From positions 2,028,616 through 2,092,615 of the forward strand of contig OZ245843.1 of assembly GCA_965228875.1 (NCBI GenBank): a stretch of DNA of 64,000 bases, given 5' to 3'. Positions 50,784-60,317 of the stretch are shown piece after piece. The notes beneath the pieces are model-generated. The model was not told the DNA's origin and made no database searches. It saw only the letters and a list, made by a program, of their open reading frames with translations. The position numbers and the translations under genes were made by a program. How positions within the stretch are numbered: position 1 is the stretch's first letter; every line of letters starts with the position of its first letter. This DNA is from Thalassobaculaceae bacterium (GTDB lineage Bacteria > Pseudomonadota > Alphaproteobacteria > Thalassobaculales > Thalassobaculaceae).

Positions 50784-51346
50784 GGTTCCTGCTGTTCAAC
50801 ATCGTCGTCGGTGTCGCGCTGGCCTACCTCCTGGTCATCGACCGCCAAGACCGTGCCGCCGTCGACCCCGGCACCATCGAAAGCCCCACGGCCTCGGTGT
50901 CCGGTCTTCCCTCGGATCCGCTTCCATCGGCCGGACCGCCGGCATCATCGCCGCTCCCACCGGATCCGGCACTGATCGCACCGGCACTGACCGCATCGGC
51001 GCGGCTCGTCCCCGCACGGCTCGTCCCGGACATTCGGGCCGTCCCTGACCTCGAAACGCCGCCACCCGCCGATGCGGGCCCGACCGTATCGGCACCAGCC
51101 GCGACCGTGCGCCCGTCATCGGATCAGGCCCTCGCTGTCCGGGCGACGGGACCCCGCACAGCCGAACACGACCTATCCATCCTTCGGGCTGGCGCCGGCC
51201 GGGACGACGCCAATGTCGATCCCGCCCGGACGGCCATGCCGGCCCGTTCCCGAACCACCACGCCGTCGTCGGCCGCCGCGCGCGGCCGCGACCTGCGGGC
51301 GCTCGCGCGCGACATGGAGAGCCGGTTCCTGACCGGCCTACGCTGA
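50780..51346 (+). CDS. N-terminal TM, Pro-rich linker and short C-terminal helix
   Basis: ATGA overlap; MRFLLFNIVVGVALAYLL; ARGRDLRALARDMESRFL. Confidence 0.7.
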   Translation: MRFLLFNIVVGVALAYLLVIDRQDRAAVDPGTIESPTASVSGLPSDPLPSAGPPASSPLPPDPALIAPALTASARLVPARLVPDIRAVPDLETPPPADAGPTVSAPAATVRPSSDQALAVRATGPRTAEHDLSILRAGAGRDDANVDPARTAMPARSRTTTPSSAAARGRDLRALARDMESRFLTGLR

Positions 51347-52294
51347 ATGCTCGGCCGGCGGTCGTGTCAGCGCCTGGGCGTGGGGGTGCCGCTCGCTCTC
51401 GCTCTGGCGCTCGCCGTGGCGGCCCTGGTCCCGCCGCCGGTCCGGCCGCCCCCGGCCCGGCTGTCGCCCTCGCCGCCGCCGATATCGACCGCGACAACGA
51501 CCCCCATGACCGAGATCGACGGCCTGGCAACCCTCCCGGACGATCGGTCGTCCGAGGTCGCCGTAACGCTAGCCGCCATCCGACTGCCGCCCCCACCGGC
51601 GGTCCCGGGGCCGAAAGACGCGGTCTCCGAGACGTCTAAGCCGGAGAGGTCGAGGTCGGGGGAACCCGGGCATGCGCCGTCGCCTCCAGTTCCTTCTGCC
51701 CCTGCCCCTGCCCCGGCGCCGCTCGACGGGACAGCGGAGACGCCGATAGCGAGCGACCCCGATCCCGCCGATCGACCACCGGTGACAGACTCCTCCCCGC
51801 GCGACCTGGCGGCCGGGGAAGCGGCGCTGCAGGCCATCGAGGCCGGCAGGGGTCCCGGACTCGTGCTGACTTGGCCAACCGATGCCGAATCCCGGCGCCG
51901 TATCGCCGCGTATCTCGCGCGCTGCGCCGGCCTGACGGTCGCGCTGCTGGCCGAGGGCCAGCTGTGGCGCCTGCAGGACCCGGCCGGCCAGGCGTGGCGT
52001 CCCGATCCGCTCGCGGTCTCGACCATCGTGCGACGCGCCGACGGGATCGCACCGGGCCTCGCCAATCGGCTTCGGGGCCGTCACGGCATCGAAGGCGGCA
52101 GCCCGGTCGCCGTGGTCGCGCGCCGCTACGACGCCCGACTGCTCGGCGGCCTGGGCCGGCTGGCGCCGCTGGGCGGGCGGATCCGCGCCGCCTATGCCGT
52201 CCGTGATGGGGCGCTCCTGGTGACGGCGGTGCGGATCGACGACGCAGCAATCGACGGCACGCTGCGCCTGGCCCGGTTGGACCGATGCGGCTGA
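51347..52294 (+). CDS. TonB/TolA-like architecture protein (TM, Pro-rich stalk, globular C-terminal domain)
   Basis: Starts immediately after the previous stop; LALALALAVAALV TM; long Pro/Ala-rich region; about 140-aa C-terminal domain. Confidence 0.6.
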   Translation: MLGRRSCQRLGVGVPLALALALAVAALVPPPVRPPPARLSPSPPPISTATTTPMTEIDGLATLPDDRSSEVAVTLAAIRLPPPPAVPGPKDAVSETSKPERSRSGEPGHAPSPPVPSAPAPAPAPLDGTAETPIASDPDPADRPPVTDSSPRDLAAGEAALQAIEAGRGPGLVLTWPTDAESRRRIAAYLARCAGLTVALLAEGQLWRLQDPAGQAWRPDPLAVSTIVRRADGIAPGLANRLRGRHGIEGGSPVAVVARRYDARLLGGLGRLAPLGGRIRAAYAVRDGALLVTAVRIDDAAIDGTLRLARLDRCG

Positions 52295-53004
52295 AGCCCG
52301 CCGGCCTCTGGCGGCTCGGGCGGGCCGTCGCGCTGACGTGCGGGATCGCGGCCGCGGCCGTGGGTACCGGTTGCGCGCCGCTTCCCGCCGACGGCCTCGT
52401 CGCCGAACCGGTGCCGGCGGAACACCGGCTTTCCGACGCGTTCTGGCGTCGGGCGCCCGCCTGCGTCCTGGTGCTGCCGGCGACGACGGACGCCACCGGC
52501 GGCGCGGTCAGCCCGCGGAGCGCCGAGCGGGCACTGGCGACGCATCTTTCCGGTCGGGTGGCGCGGGTGATCGGCCCGGACCGCAGAACCGCCGAGACCC
52601 GATATCTCGCGATCGACCTGCGCCGTCCGGAGGACCGCGCCCGCTATGCCGGGGTCTCCGGCTGCGGGCACGGCGTCGAGCTATCGGTCGCCGGGGGCCG
52701 ATCCTTCGCCCTCGTCTGGGCCGGCGCGACGCTGTCGCTGGAGGCCAGTCTTGTCGATCTGGCGAGCGGAGTGGTGCTGTGGACCTCAAGACACCGGGTG
52801 TCCCGCGGCGACGGCGGGTTGCCGGTCTCGCCGCTCGGCCTGCTCGTCGCGGTCGGCCGGGCCGGGCGGATTGCAACGGACCGCGACCTGACCGCGTCGG
52901 TGCTGGCCGATGGGCTGCGGGCGCTGACGGCGTCGCTGCCCGACACCCGCACTCACCGCACCTCGAGGAACTCCAGGGTCAGGCCGTTTTCGTCGCGGAA
53001 GTAG
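52285..53004 (+). CDS. DUF799/GNA1162-like lipoprotein
   Basis: Possible lipobox GTGC; PACVLVLP; LVDLASGVVLW; GGLPVSPLG. Confidence 0.65.
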   Translation: MRLKPAGLWRLGRAVALTCGIAAAAVGTGCAPLPADGLVAEPVPAEHRLSDAFWRRAPACVLVLPATTDATGGAVSPRSAERALATHLSGRVARVIGPDRRTAETRYLAIDLRRPEDRARYAGVSGCGHGVELSVAGGRSFALVWAGATLSLEASLVDLASGVVLWTSRHRVSRGDGGLPVSPLGLLVAVGRAGRIATDRDLTASVLADGLRALTASLPDTRTHRTSRNSRVRPFSSRK

Positions 53005-53402
53005 GCGACCCGCCGCCCGGCGTTCGGTCCCTGGTCGATGACGTAGACCTCTCCCATCGGCGCCAGTCCGTGCGTGTCGGCCATGGCAGTCACCGCGTCC
53101 ATATCGGCCACGTCGAGGGCGAGATGGCTGAACCCGGTGTCGCAGGCCCGGGGTGTGGCGTGGCCGCGATCCTCGGGCGCGTGATACTCGATCAGTTCCA
53201 CCCGGTGTCCGGGACCCTGAACGAAGGCGATGGTGACGTCGCCGCCCGCCACCCCGGTGATCCGTTCGATCGCCGCCGGGTCGCGCGGCGCACGGGACAG
53301 GAGCGCAAAGCCCAGCCCATCGATGAACAGCGCCAGCGCCCGCTCCAGGTTCCCGACGGTGAAGCTCGTGTGGTTCGTGCCGACCACCTGGACCGCGCCC
53401 AT
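52953..53402 (-). CDS. VOC/glyoxalase family protein
   Basis: NHTSFTVGNLERALALF, VELIEY, HLALDV, YFRDENGLTLEF. Confidence 0.9.
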   Translation of the reverse strand: MGAVQVVGTNHTSFTVGNLERALALFIDGLGFALLSRAPRDPAAIERITGVAGGDVTIAFVQGPGHRVELIEYHAPEDRGHATPRACDTGFSHLALDVADMDAVTAMADTHGLAPMGEVYVIDQGPNAGRRVAYFRDENGLTLEFLEVR

Positions 53403-53508
53403 AATCTCCCCCCATGCCCTTGATTGCGCAAAGCGCGAGGCCGATCATAGCGGTCGCTTTTGCGGATATCGAGTGGGGGGCCGGATGACCGGCGGTCCGG
53501 CGGGCAGC

Positions 53509-54402
53509 ATGAACTGGGACGACCTGCGCTATTTTCTGGCGGTCGCGGCGGAGGGGAGCCTGTCGGCAGCGGCGCGCGCCCTGCGGGTCAATCCGGCCAC
53601 GGTCAGCCGCCATGTCGATGCCCTGGAGGCCCGGTTCGAGGTCCGGCTGTTCGACCGACGCCAGGACGGGTACGGGCTGACCGAGGCCGGCGAGAAGCTC
53701 GCCGCGCGGGCCAGGGGCATCGAGGCGGAGATGTTCGGCCTTGCCCGCGCCTTCGACGCCGAGGACAAGGGACTCGCCGGCACCGTCGCCGTCACGTCCA
53801 CCGAGTCCCTGATCGTTCCTTTCCTGATCCGCAATCTGCCGCTGCTGCAGGAGCGCCACCCCGGCATCCGGCTGCAGATCGTCAACGAATATCGCTTCCT
53901 CAACCTGTCGCGACGGGAGGCCGATGTCGCCATTCGCCTGGCGCGCCCGGAGCAGGGCGACCTGGTGATCCGCCGCATCGGCGGCCTCGGATTCGGGTTG
54001 TATGCGGCGCCGTCCTACCTGGAAGCCCACGGCACGCCCGCCCGCCCCGCCGATCTCGCCGGGCACGCGGTGATCGACTGGCTGGACGGATTTCCCGAGA
54101 ATGCGCCGGTGAGCTGGCTGCGTCAGCAGATGGGCGACAGGCCGCCCGCCTTCGCCACCAATCCCGCCAGCGCCCGACTGGCCGCGGCGCGGGCCGGCGT
54201 CGGTATTGCCCTGGTGCCGTGCATGGTCGCGGCGGAGACCGACGACGTCGTCCGGGTCCTGCCCGAGGCCGAGATCCCGGGTGTCGACCTCTGGCTTCTG
54301 GTTCATCGCGATCTTGCTCGTCTCGCCCGCATCCGGGCCGTACTGGACTTCATCCACGAGCGCGCGCAGGCCGAGGCCGACCGGATTTCCGGCGTCGTCT
54401 AG
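53509..54402 (+). CDS. LysR family regulator
   Basis: MNWDDLRYFLAV..EGSLSAAARAL.VNPATVSR, LSRREADVAIR. Confidence 0.95.
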   Translation: MNWDDLRYFLAVAAEGSLSAAARALRVNPATVSRHVDALEARFEVRLFDRRQDGYGLTEAGEKLAARARGIEAEMFGLARAFDAEDKGLAGTVAVTSTESLIVPFLIRNLPLLQERHPGIRLQIVNEYRFLNLSRREADVAIRLARPEQGDLVIRRIGGLGFGLYAAPSYLEAHGTPARPADLAGHAVIDWLDGFPENAPVSWLRQQMGDRPPAFATNPASARLAAARAGVGIALVPCMVAAETDDVVRVLPEAEIPGVDLWLLVHRDLARLARIRAVLDFIHERAQAEADRISGVV

Positions 54403-54603
54403 GCGGATCAGCGACGGGCGCAACCGCACGGAGTTCATGGTTGAACGCGCCTGAGCTCCGCAGTTCAATGGCCGCGCGGACAAGACCGCGATCGCCACAA
54501 CCGGAGGGCTGTGGATGTGATGTGGACAAAATCACGCTTTCCGAACAAAATACCGTACGGGCCTAAGGCCTTCGAAACGAAGGCGAAATCTCGAATCAAC
54601 CTA

Positions 54604-55407
54604 ATGCGACGACGCGAAACCCGGCTCAGTTCGATTCGGTTGAATTTCGCATTTTTTCCAATATCCACAGGGCTTTGCCTGATCCTGGCCCTGGTGTTTT
54701 CCACCTCAGCGGCGCCGGCTCGAGGACAAGGTGCCGTCGATCTGGAGCTGGTTTTCGCCTCCGATGGGTCCGGATCGATCGACGACGACGAACTCCGGTT
54801 CCAGCGTCAGGGCTATGCCGCCGCGCTGGCCGATCCGCGGGTTCAGAACGCCATCGCCGCCGGTCCTCTGGGCCGTATTGCCGTCGCCTTCGTCGAATGG
54901 GGAGCGCCGGAGAGTCAGCACACCATCGTCGACTGGACCGAGATCGCGAGCCGCGAGGATGCGCTGGCCTGGGGCGCGCGGCTGGTTGCGGCGGCGCGTG
55001 CCGCCTACGGCTACAACTCGATCAGCGAGGCCATTGCCTACTCCGCCAACCTGATCCGCACCAACCGCTACGACGGCGCCCGCAAGGTGATCGACCTGTC
55101 CGGGGACGGCCCACAGATCGGCGGCCGGCCGCTCGACCTGATCCGCGACCTGACGGTGGCCGACGGCATCACCATCAACGGCCTTGTCGTCGCCAATCGC
55201 AACGTGCGCACCGGACCGAGCGGGGAGCCTCTGGACGAGCATTACCGCATGGACGTGATCGGCGGGTTCGGCGCCTTCGTGGTTGTGGCGACCGAAGAGA
55301 GGGGCTTTACGCAGACCGTCCTGGCGAAGATGGTGCGGGAGATCGCCGACCGGCGGCCCACCGGCGCGCCCCGGCAACTTGCGCAGGACCGTCACGATGA
55401 CCGCTGA
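54604..55407 (+). CDS. DUF1194 (vWA-like) exported protein; start uncertain
   Basis: VDLELVFASDGSGSID, VEWG, RKVIDLSGDG, ITINGL, VIGGFGAFV. Confidence 0.85.
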   Translation: MRRRETRLSSIRLNFAFFPISTGLCLILALVFSTSAAPARGQGAVDLELVFASDGSGSIDDDELRFQRQGYAAALADPRVQNAIAAGPLGRIAVAFVEWGAPESQHTIVDWTEIASREDALAWGARLVAAARAAYGYNSISEAIAYSANLIRTNRYDGARKVIDLSGDGPQIGGRPLDLIRDLTVADGITINGLVVANRNVRTGPSGEPLDEHYRMDVIGGFGAFVVVATEERGFTQTVLAKMVREIADRRPTGAPRQLAQDRHDDR

Positions 55408-55654
55408 GCAGAGCGACCCCGTCGCCCAGACCCTCGACGTGCGCGGGCTCAAGTGTCCGCTTCCCGTGCTCAAGGCGCGGAAGGCGATCGCCGGGATCGA
55501 GGTCGGTGCCCTGCTGGAGGTGCTGGCGACCGATCCGGCGGCGATGCTGGACTTCCGGCACTTCGCGCGCCAGACCGGCCACGAACTCGTGGCCGCCGAG
55601 GACAACGCCGGCGAAACCGGCGTGCTGCGGTTCGTGCTGCGACGTAACGCCTGA
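55397..55654 (+). CDS. TusA family sulfurtransferase
   Basis: LDVRGLKCPLPVLK, LATDP. Confidence 0.92.
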   Translation: MTAEQSDPVAQTLDVRGLKCPLPVLKARKAIAGIEVGALLEVLATDPAAMLDFRHFARQTGHELVAAEDNAGETGVLRFVLRRNA

Positions 55655-55724
55655 CCGGAGCCGGTTTCGACGGCTTCCCATGCCATGCACCGCGCGACTA
55701 TGTTGGCCGCGGGAGGAATTCAGC

Positions 55725-57449
55725 ATGACCGACAATGACAAGCCGCTGGGTCTCGGACGGGGCCTGACCAACTATGGCGACAACGAGTTCAGCATTTACC
55801 TGCGCCGCTCCATGGCGTCGTCCATGGGCTACAGCCGCGAGATGCTGCAGAAGCCGGTGGTCGGCATCTGCTCCTCGGGCAGCGGATACAACAACTGCCA
55901 TCGCCTGATGCCGGAACTGGTCGAGGCGACCAAGCGCGGCGTGCTCGCCGCCGGCGGACTGCCGATCGAGTTTCCGACCATTTCGCTCGGCGAGACCTTC
56001 CTGAACCCGACCTCGCTGATGTACCGCAACCTGATGAGCATGGACGTGGAGGAGATGATCCGCGCCCAGCCGATGGACGCGGTCGTGGTGATCGGCGGCT
56101 GCGACAAGACCCTGCCGGCCCAGATCATGGGCGCCGCCAATGCCGAGGTGCCGGTGGTGTACTGCGCCGTCGGCCCGATGCTCACCTCGCCGTACGACGG
56201 CGAGCGTCTCGGCGCCTGCACCGACTGCCGCCGGTTCTGGGGCAAGTATCGCGCCGGCGAGGTGTCGGACGAGGGCATCACCCGCATCGAGGGCAGCCTG
56301 GCGACCACGGCCGGCACCTGCGCGGTGATGGGTACTGCCAGCACCATGGCCTGCATCGCCGAAGCGCTCGGCATGACCCTGCCGGGCACCGCGTCGATCC
56401 CGGCGGTCCATGCCGACAGGTTGCGCGCCGCCGAAGCGTCCGGAGCGCGGGCGATGCAGCTGGCGCTGGCCAAGGGCGACGACAAGTTGCTGCCGCGCGA
56501 CATCATCACCCGCAAGTCGGTGGAGAACGCCCTGCGGGTCCTGCTCGCCATCGGCGGCTCGACCAATGCGATCGTGCACCTGACGGCGATCGCCGGGCGC
56601 CTTGGCATCCCGGTGCCGCTCGACCGGCTGAACGAGATGTCCGACGAGACCCCGGTGCTGGTCGACCTGAAGCCGACCGGGGCGCACTACATGGAGGACC
56701 TGTTCGCCGCCGGCGGCCTCGTCGGCGTGCTGCACGCCCTGCGCCCGCTGCTCCATCTCGACACCGTCAGCGTGACCGGCGAGACACTGGAGCAGCGGCT
56801 GGACGCCGACACCACCTGGATCGACCACGACATCGTCCGGCCGTTCGACCGGCCGTTCCAGGACAAGGGCGGCCTGGTGGCCCTGTTCGGCTCGCTGGCC
56901 CCGCGCGGCGCCATTCTCAAACGCTCCGCCGCCGATCCGAGCCTGTTCGAGAAGGAGGGGCGCGCGGTGGTGTTCTCGAGCCTGGAGGATCTGGCCGCCC
57001 GGATCGACGATCCGGACCTGGACGTGACGGCCGACGACTTCCTGGTGCTGCAGAACGCCGGCCCGAAGAGCCCGGCCGCCATGCCGGAGGCCGGCTACCT
57101 GCCGATCCCCAAGAAGCTCGCCCGTGCCGGACTGAAGGACATGGTCCGCATCTCCGATGCGCGGATGAGCGGCACCGCCTTCGGCACCATCGTCCTGCAC
57201 GTCACGCCGGAGGCCGCCGATGGTGGTCCGCTGGCGCTCGCGCGCACCGGCGATCGGATTAAGATCTCGGTGGAGAACCGCAGCATCGACCTGCTGGTCA
57301 GCGACGCCGAGCTCGCCCGGCGCTATGAAGAGGTGAAGCCGACCGAGGTCCAGCCGACCCACAAGCGCGGCTACCGCAACCTGTACATGGACCACGTCAC
57401 CCAGGCCGATCAGGGCGTCGATTTCGATTTCCTGATGTGGAAGGACTGA
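55725..57449 (+). CDS. IlvD/Edd family dehydratase
   Basis: NNCH, GGCDKT, GTCAVMGTASTM, GGSTN, MPEAG, SDARMSGT, HVTPE. Confidence 0.93.
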   Translation: MTDNDKPLGLGRGLTNYGDNEFSIYLRRSMASSMGYSREMLQKPVVGICSSGSGYNNCHRLMPELVEATKRGVLAAGGLPIEFPTISLGETFLNPTSLMYRNLMSMDVEEMIRAQPMDAVVVIGGCDKTLPAQIMGAANAEVPVVYCAVGPMLTSPYDGERLGACTDCRRFWGKYRAGEVSDEGITRIEGSLATTAGTCAVMGTASTMACIAEALGMTLPGTASIPAVHADRLRAAEASGARAMQLALAKGDDKLLPRDIITRKSVENALRVLLAIGGSTNAIVHLTAIAGRLGIPVPLDRLNEMSDETPVLVDLKPTGAHYMEDLFAAGGLVGVLHALRPLLHLDTVSVTGETLEQRLDADTTWIDHDIVRPFDRPFQDKGGLVALFGSLAPRGAILKRSAADPSLFEKEGRAVVFSSLEDLAARIDDPDLDVTADDFLVLQNAGPKSPAAMPEAGYLPIPKKLARAGLKDMVRISDARMSGTAFGTIVLHVTPEAADGGPLALARTGDRIKISVENRSIDLLVSDAELARRYEEVKPTEVQPTHKRGYRNLYMDHVTQADQGVDFDFLMWKD

Positions 57450-57477
57450 CAGGAAACGTTCCAGGGAGAGCCCCCGC

Positions 57478-57942
57478 ATGTCCGAGATCCAGACCGAATT
57501 CGTCATGGAGATGAAACTCTCCGTCGCCCAGCCGCTGACGGCGCTCGGCAACACCCAGTACGGCGACCGCCGCATCGCGCGGGTGACCGGCGGCACCTTC
57601 GAGGGGCCGGGCATCAAGGGCACGGTGATGGACGGCGGCGGCGACTGGATCCTGAACCGCACCGACGGCGTCACCCAACTCGACGTCCGCCTGACCATGG
57701 CGACCGATGACGGCCACCTGATCTACATGACCTACAAGGGGCTGCGCCACGGGCCGAAGGAGGTCATGGACCGGATCGCCGCCGGCCAGCCGGTCGACCC
57801 GTCGGAGCTGTACTTCCGCACGGCCCCGTTCTTCGAGGCGGCCGCCGACGGACCCTATGCGTGGATGAACAAGGCGGTGTTCGTCTCCACCGGCGACCGC
57901 AAGCCGGAAGGTCCGATCTACCGGGTATTCAAGGTGCTCTGA
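57478..57942 (+). CDS. DUF3237 family protein
   Basis: GGTFEGP, GGGDW, LDVR, YFRTAPFFE. Confidence 0.9.
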   Translation: MSEIQTEFVMEMKLSVAQPLTALGNTQYGDRRIARVTGGTFEGPGIKGTVMDGGGDWILNRTDGVTQLDVRLTMATDDGHLIYMTYKGLRHGPKEVMDRIAAGQPVDPSELYFRTAPFFEAAADGPYAWMNKAVFVSTGDRKPEGPIYRVFKVL

Positions 57943-58068
57943 CAGCCGGCCGTACCGGCGCTCGGGAACGGTGTGCCGGGGCAAGTGCGTGGATTGATCT
58001 TCTGCTGACGGGGCGCCAAGCTGGCGGGGTCCGAGTATTTCCCTTCCCCGCCCGCATTGGAGACCGCC

Positions 58069-59472
58069 ATGTCCGGCGCCACGCGCTATGACCCCAGACA
58101 GTTCAAGGCCCCGACCTGGTTCGACGCCACCGCCGCCTTCGCCGACGGCGGCGACAGCCCCCGCGCCTATCTGGAGCGGTGCCTGGAGGCGGTCGATGCG
58201 CGCGAGCCGGTGGTCAAAGCCTTCGCGGCGCTGAACCGGGAGACCGCCCGCGCCGCCGCCGACGAGAGCAGCGCGCGGTGGAAGGGCGGCAAGCCGCTGT
58301 CGCCCATCGACGGCATGCCGGTCGGCATCAAGGATCTGCTGGAGACCAAGGACATGCCCACGCAGCTCGGCTGCGAGGCGATGACCGGCAACTTCCCGAA
58401 GAACGACAACGCCGCCGTCTGGGCCCTGCGCCAGGCGGGCGCGGTGATCTTCGGCAAGACCGTGACGGCGGAGCTGGGCGGCAACCATCCGGGGCCGACC
58501 ACCAACCCATTCGACCCGGCGCGCACCCCCGGCGGGTCGTCCTCGGGATCGGCGGCAGCGGTCGCGGCCGGGTTCATGCCGGCGGCGATCGGCTCCCAGG
58601 TCGGGGGCTCGATCATCCGCCCGGCAGCGTACTGCGGAAACTTCGCGCTGAAGCCGAGCCAGGGCGGCATCCACCGCGGCGAGCGCCAGGCCACCTCCAT
58701 GAGCACCCACGGTCCGCACGCCGGATCGATCGAGGACATGTGGCAGGTCGCCATCGAGGTCGCGAGCCGCTGCGGCGGCGATCCGGGGCGGGCCGGAATC
58801 CAGGGGCCGATGACGACGCCGGCGGCGACCCGGCCGAGCCGGCTGATCCTGCTGGAGACCGACGGCTGGGCGCGCACGGATGCCGACAGTCACGCGGCGA
58901 TGGCGGCCCTTCTGGACAGCCTGCAGGCGGCGGGGGTCGAGATCCTGCGCCGGGGCGACCACCCGCTCATCGAGAGCCTGGAGCAGACCCTGGTCGGTGC
59001 CGGCGACCTCGCCAATACCATCACCGCCTGGGAGAACCGCTGGACCCTGCGCAACCTGATCGACAACAGGGGCGAAGGCGTGAGCGAGCGGATCAAGGCG
59101 CGGATCGGGTCGGTCGAGGTGCTGAGTCCGGACGACTACCGCCAGCTCCTGCTGCGCCGCGAGACCCTGCGCGCCGCCTGGCGGATGCTGGCGCCGCTGG
59201 CCGACGCCTTCCTGACCTTCTCCTGCCCCGGTCCGGCACCGCTCTGGCCGGGCGACATCCCGGGCCAGCCCCTGGCGCCGCGGCCGACCGGCGACGCGGT
59301 GTTCAACACGCCGAGCTCGCTTGCCGGCGCCCCGGCGGTGACCATGCCGATGCTGGCGGTCAACGGGCTTCCGGTCGGCGTCCAGGTGATGGGTCAGGAC
59401 GGCCAGGACGCGCGCATGACCGCCATCGCCCGCTGGATCCACACCAGCATCGAGCCGGCGATCGTCAGCTGA
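58069..59472 (+). CDS. Amidase-signature family enzyme
   Basis: PVGIKD, PGGSSSGSAAAV, GSQVGGSIIRPA. Confidence 0.93.
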   Translation: MSGATRYDPRQFKAPTWFDATAAFADGGDSPRAYLERCLEAVDAREPVVKAFAALNRETARAAADESSARWKGGKPLSPIDGMPVGIKDLLETKDMPTQLGCEAMTGNFPKNDNAAVWALRQAGAVIFGKTVTAELGGNHPGPTTNPFDPARTPGGSSSGSAAAVAAGFMPAAIGSQVGGSIIRPAAYCGNFALKPSQGGIHRGERQATSMSTHGPHAGSIEDMWQVAIEVASRCGGDPGRAGIQGPMTTPAATRPSRLILLETDGWARTDADSHAAMAALLDSLQAAGVEILRRGDHPLIESLEQTLVGAGDLANTITAWENRWTLRNLIDNRGEGVSERIKARIGSVEVLSPDDYRQLLLRRETLRAAWRMLAPLADAFLTFSCPGPAPLWPGDIPGQPLAPRPTGDAVFNTPSSLAGAPAVTMPMLAVNGLPVGVQVMGQDGQDARMTAIARWIHTSIEPAIVS

Positions 59473-59549
59473 CGCCGGGCGGGCGATCCCTGACCGGGGA
59501 GGCCGTCTCGAGAGAGCGATCAGATATCTCCATCTGATCATGGGTTTCT

Positions 59550-60266
59550 CTAGAGAGCGACGGTCTCTCCGTTCTGGTCGATCAATGTGCCGCTGCGCTC
59601 GGGCGCCAGGGAATCGATCACGGCCAGCAGCTCGGCGGCGGCGACTTCAGGCGAGCGCACTTTCAGGCCGGATCTGGCGAACGGCGCCGACAGACGCGTC
59701 TCCACCGTGCCCGGGTGCAGCGCGACGCAGACCGCGTCCCTGTGCGTGCGGGCCAGTTCGATGGCGGCGCAGCGCACCAGCTGGTTCAATGCGGCCTTGG
59801 ATGCCCGGTAGGCGTACCAGCCCCCGATCCTGTTGTCGGAGATCGATCCGACCCGGGCGGAGAGCGTGGCAAACACGGCCTTTCCGTCGCGGGGCAATAG
59901 CGGCAGCAGGTGCTTCATCAGAAGCGCGGGCCCCGTCGCGTTGACGGCGAAGGCATGCGCCAGATGCGCCGGATCGAGCTGACGCCACGATTTCTCAGGG
60001 CTGAACCGGTCGTCGTGCAGGAAGCCGGTGGCGTCGATCACGAAGCGCGGTTGCACCGGCATCGAGCGCACCCGGTCCGCCACGGCGGCGATGGCGGCTT
60101 CGTCAAGCAGGTCGAGCGGCGGCTCGCCCGACCGCGACAAGGCGAGCACCGTACCGAACCGGCCGGAGTCCTCGAGGGCGGAGACGAAGGCCGAGCCGAG
60201 GCCGCCACCGGCACCGACGACCAGTGCGCTCGCCGGGTCTGGGAAGGAGGAGAGGTCTGTCATCAC
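59550..60266 (-). CDS. Short-chain dehydrogenase (C-factor/CsgA-like)
   Basis: GAGGGLG, LSARVGSISDN, YRASK, HPGTVET. Confidence 0.92.
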   Translation of the reverse strand: MMTDLSSFPDPASALVVGAGGGLGSAFVSALEDSGRFGTVLALSRSGEPPLDLLDEAAIAAVADRVRSMPVQPRFVIDATGFLHDDRFSPEKSWRQLDPAHLAHAFAVNATGPALLMKHLLPLLPRDGKAVFATLSARVGSISDNRIGGWYAYRASKAALNQLVRCAAIELARTHRDAVCVALHPGTVETRLSAPFARSGLKVRSPEVAAAELLAVIDSLAPERSGTLIDQNGETVAL

Positions 60267-60317
60267 GGCGACGGAAATGGCCGCCGGCGGCCTCCAGTCA
60301 AGGCCGCGCGGTCAGCG

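Noticed and set aside
39362..53004. Calling the cluster Tol-Pal, TonB uptake, Zorya, T4SS/T6SS or a prophage
   Set aside because: No TolB/Pal, receptor barrel, OmpA-domain ZorB, secretion ATPase, sheath/tube or phage genes recognised; no integrase or att repeats seen
59518..59539. GATCAGAT-N6-ATCTGATC hairpin between the convergent amidase and SDR genes as a terminator
   Set aside because: Weak stem and no clear U-tract; not enough support
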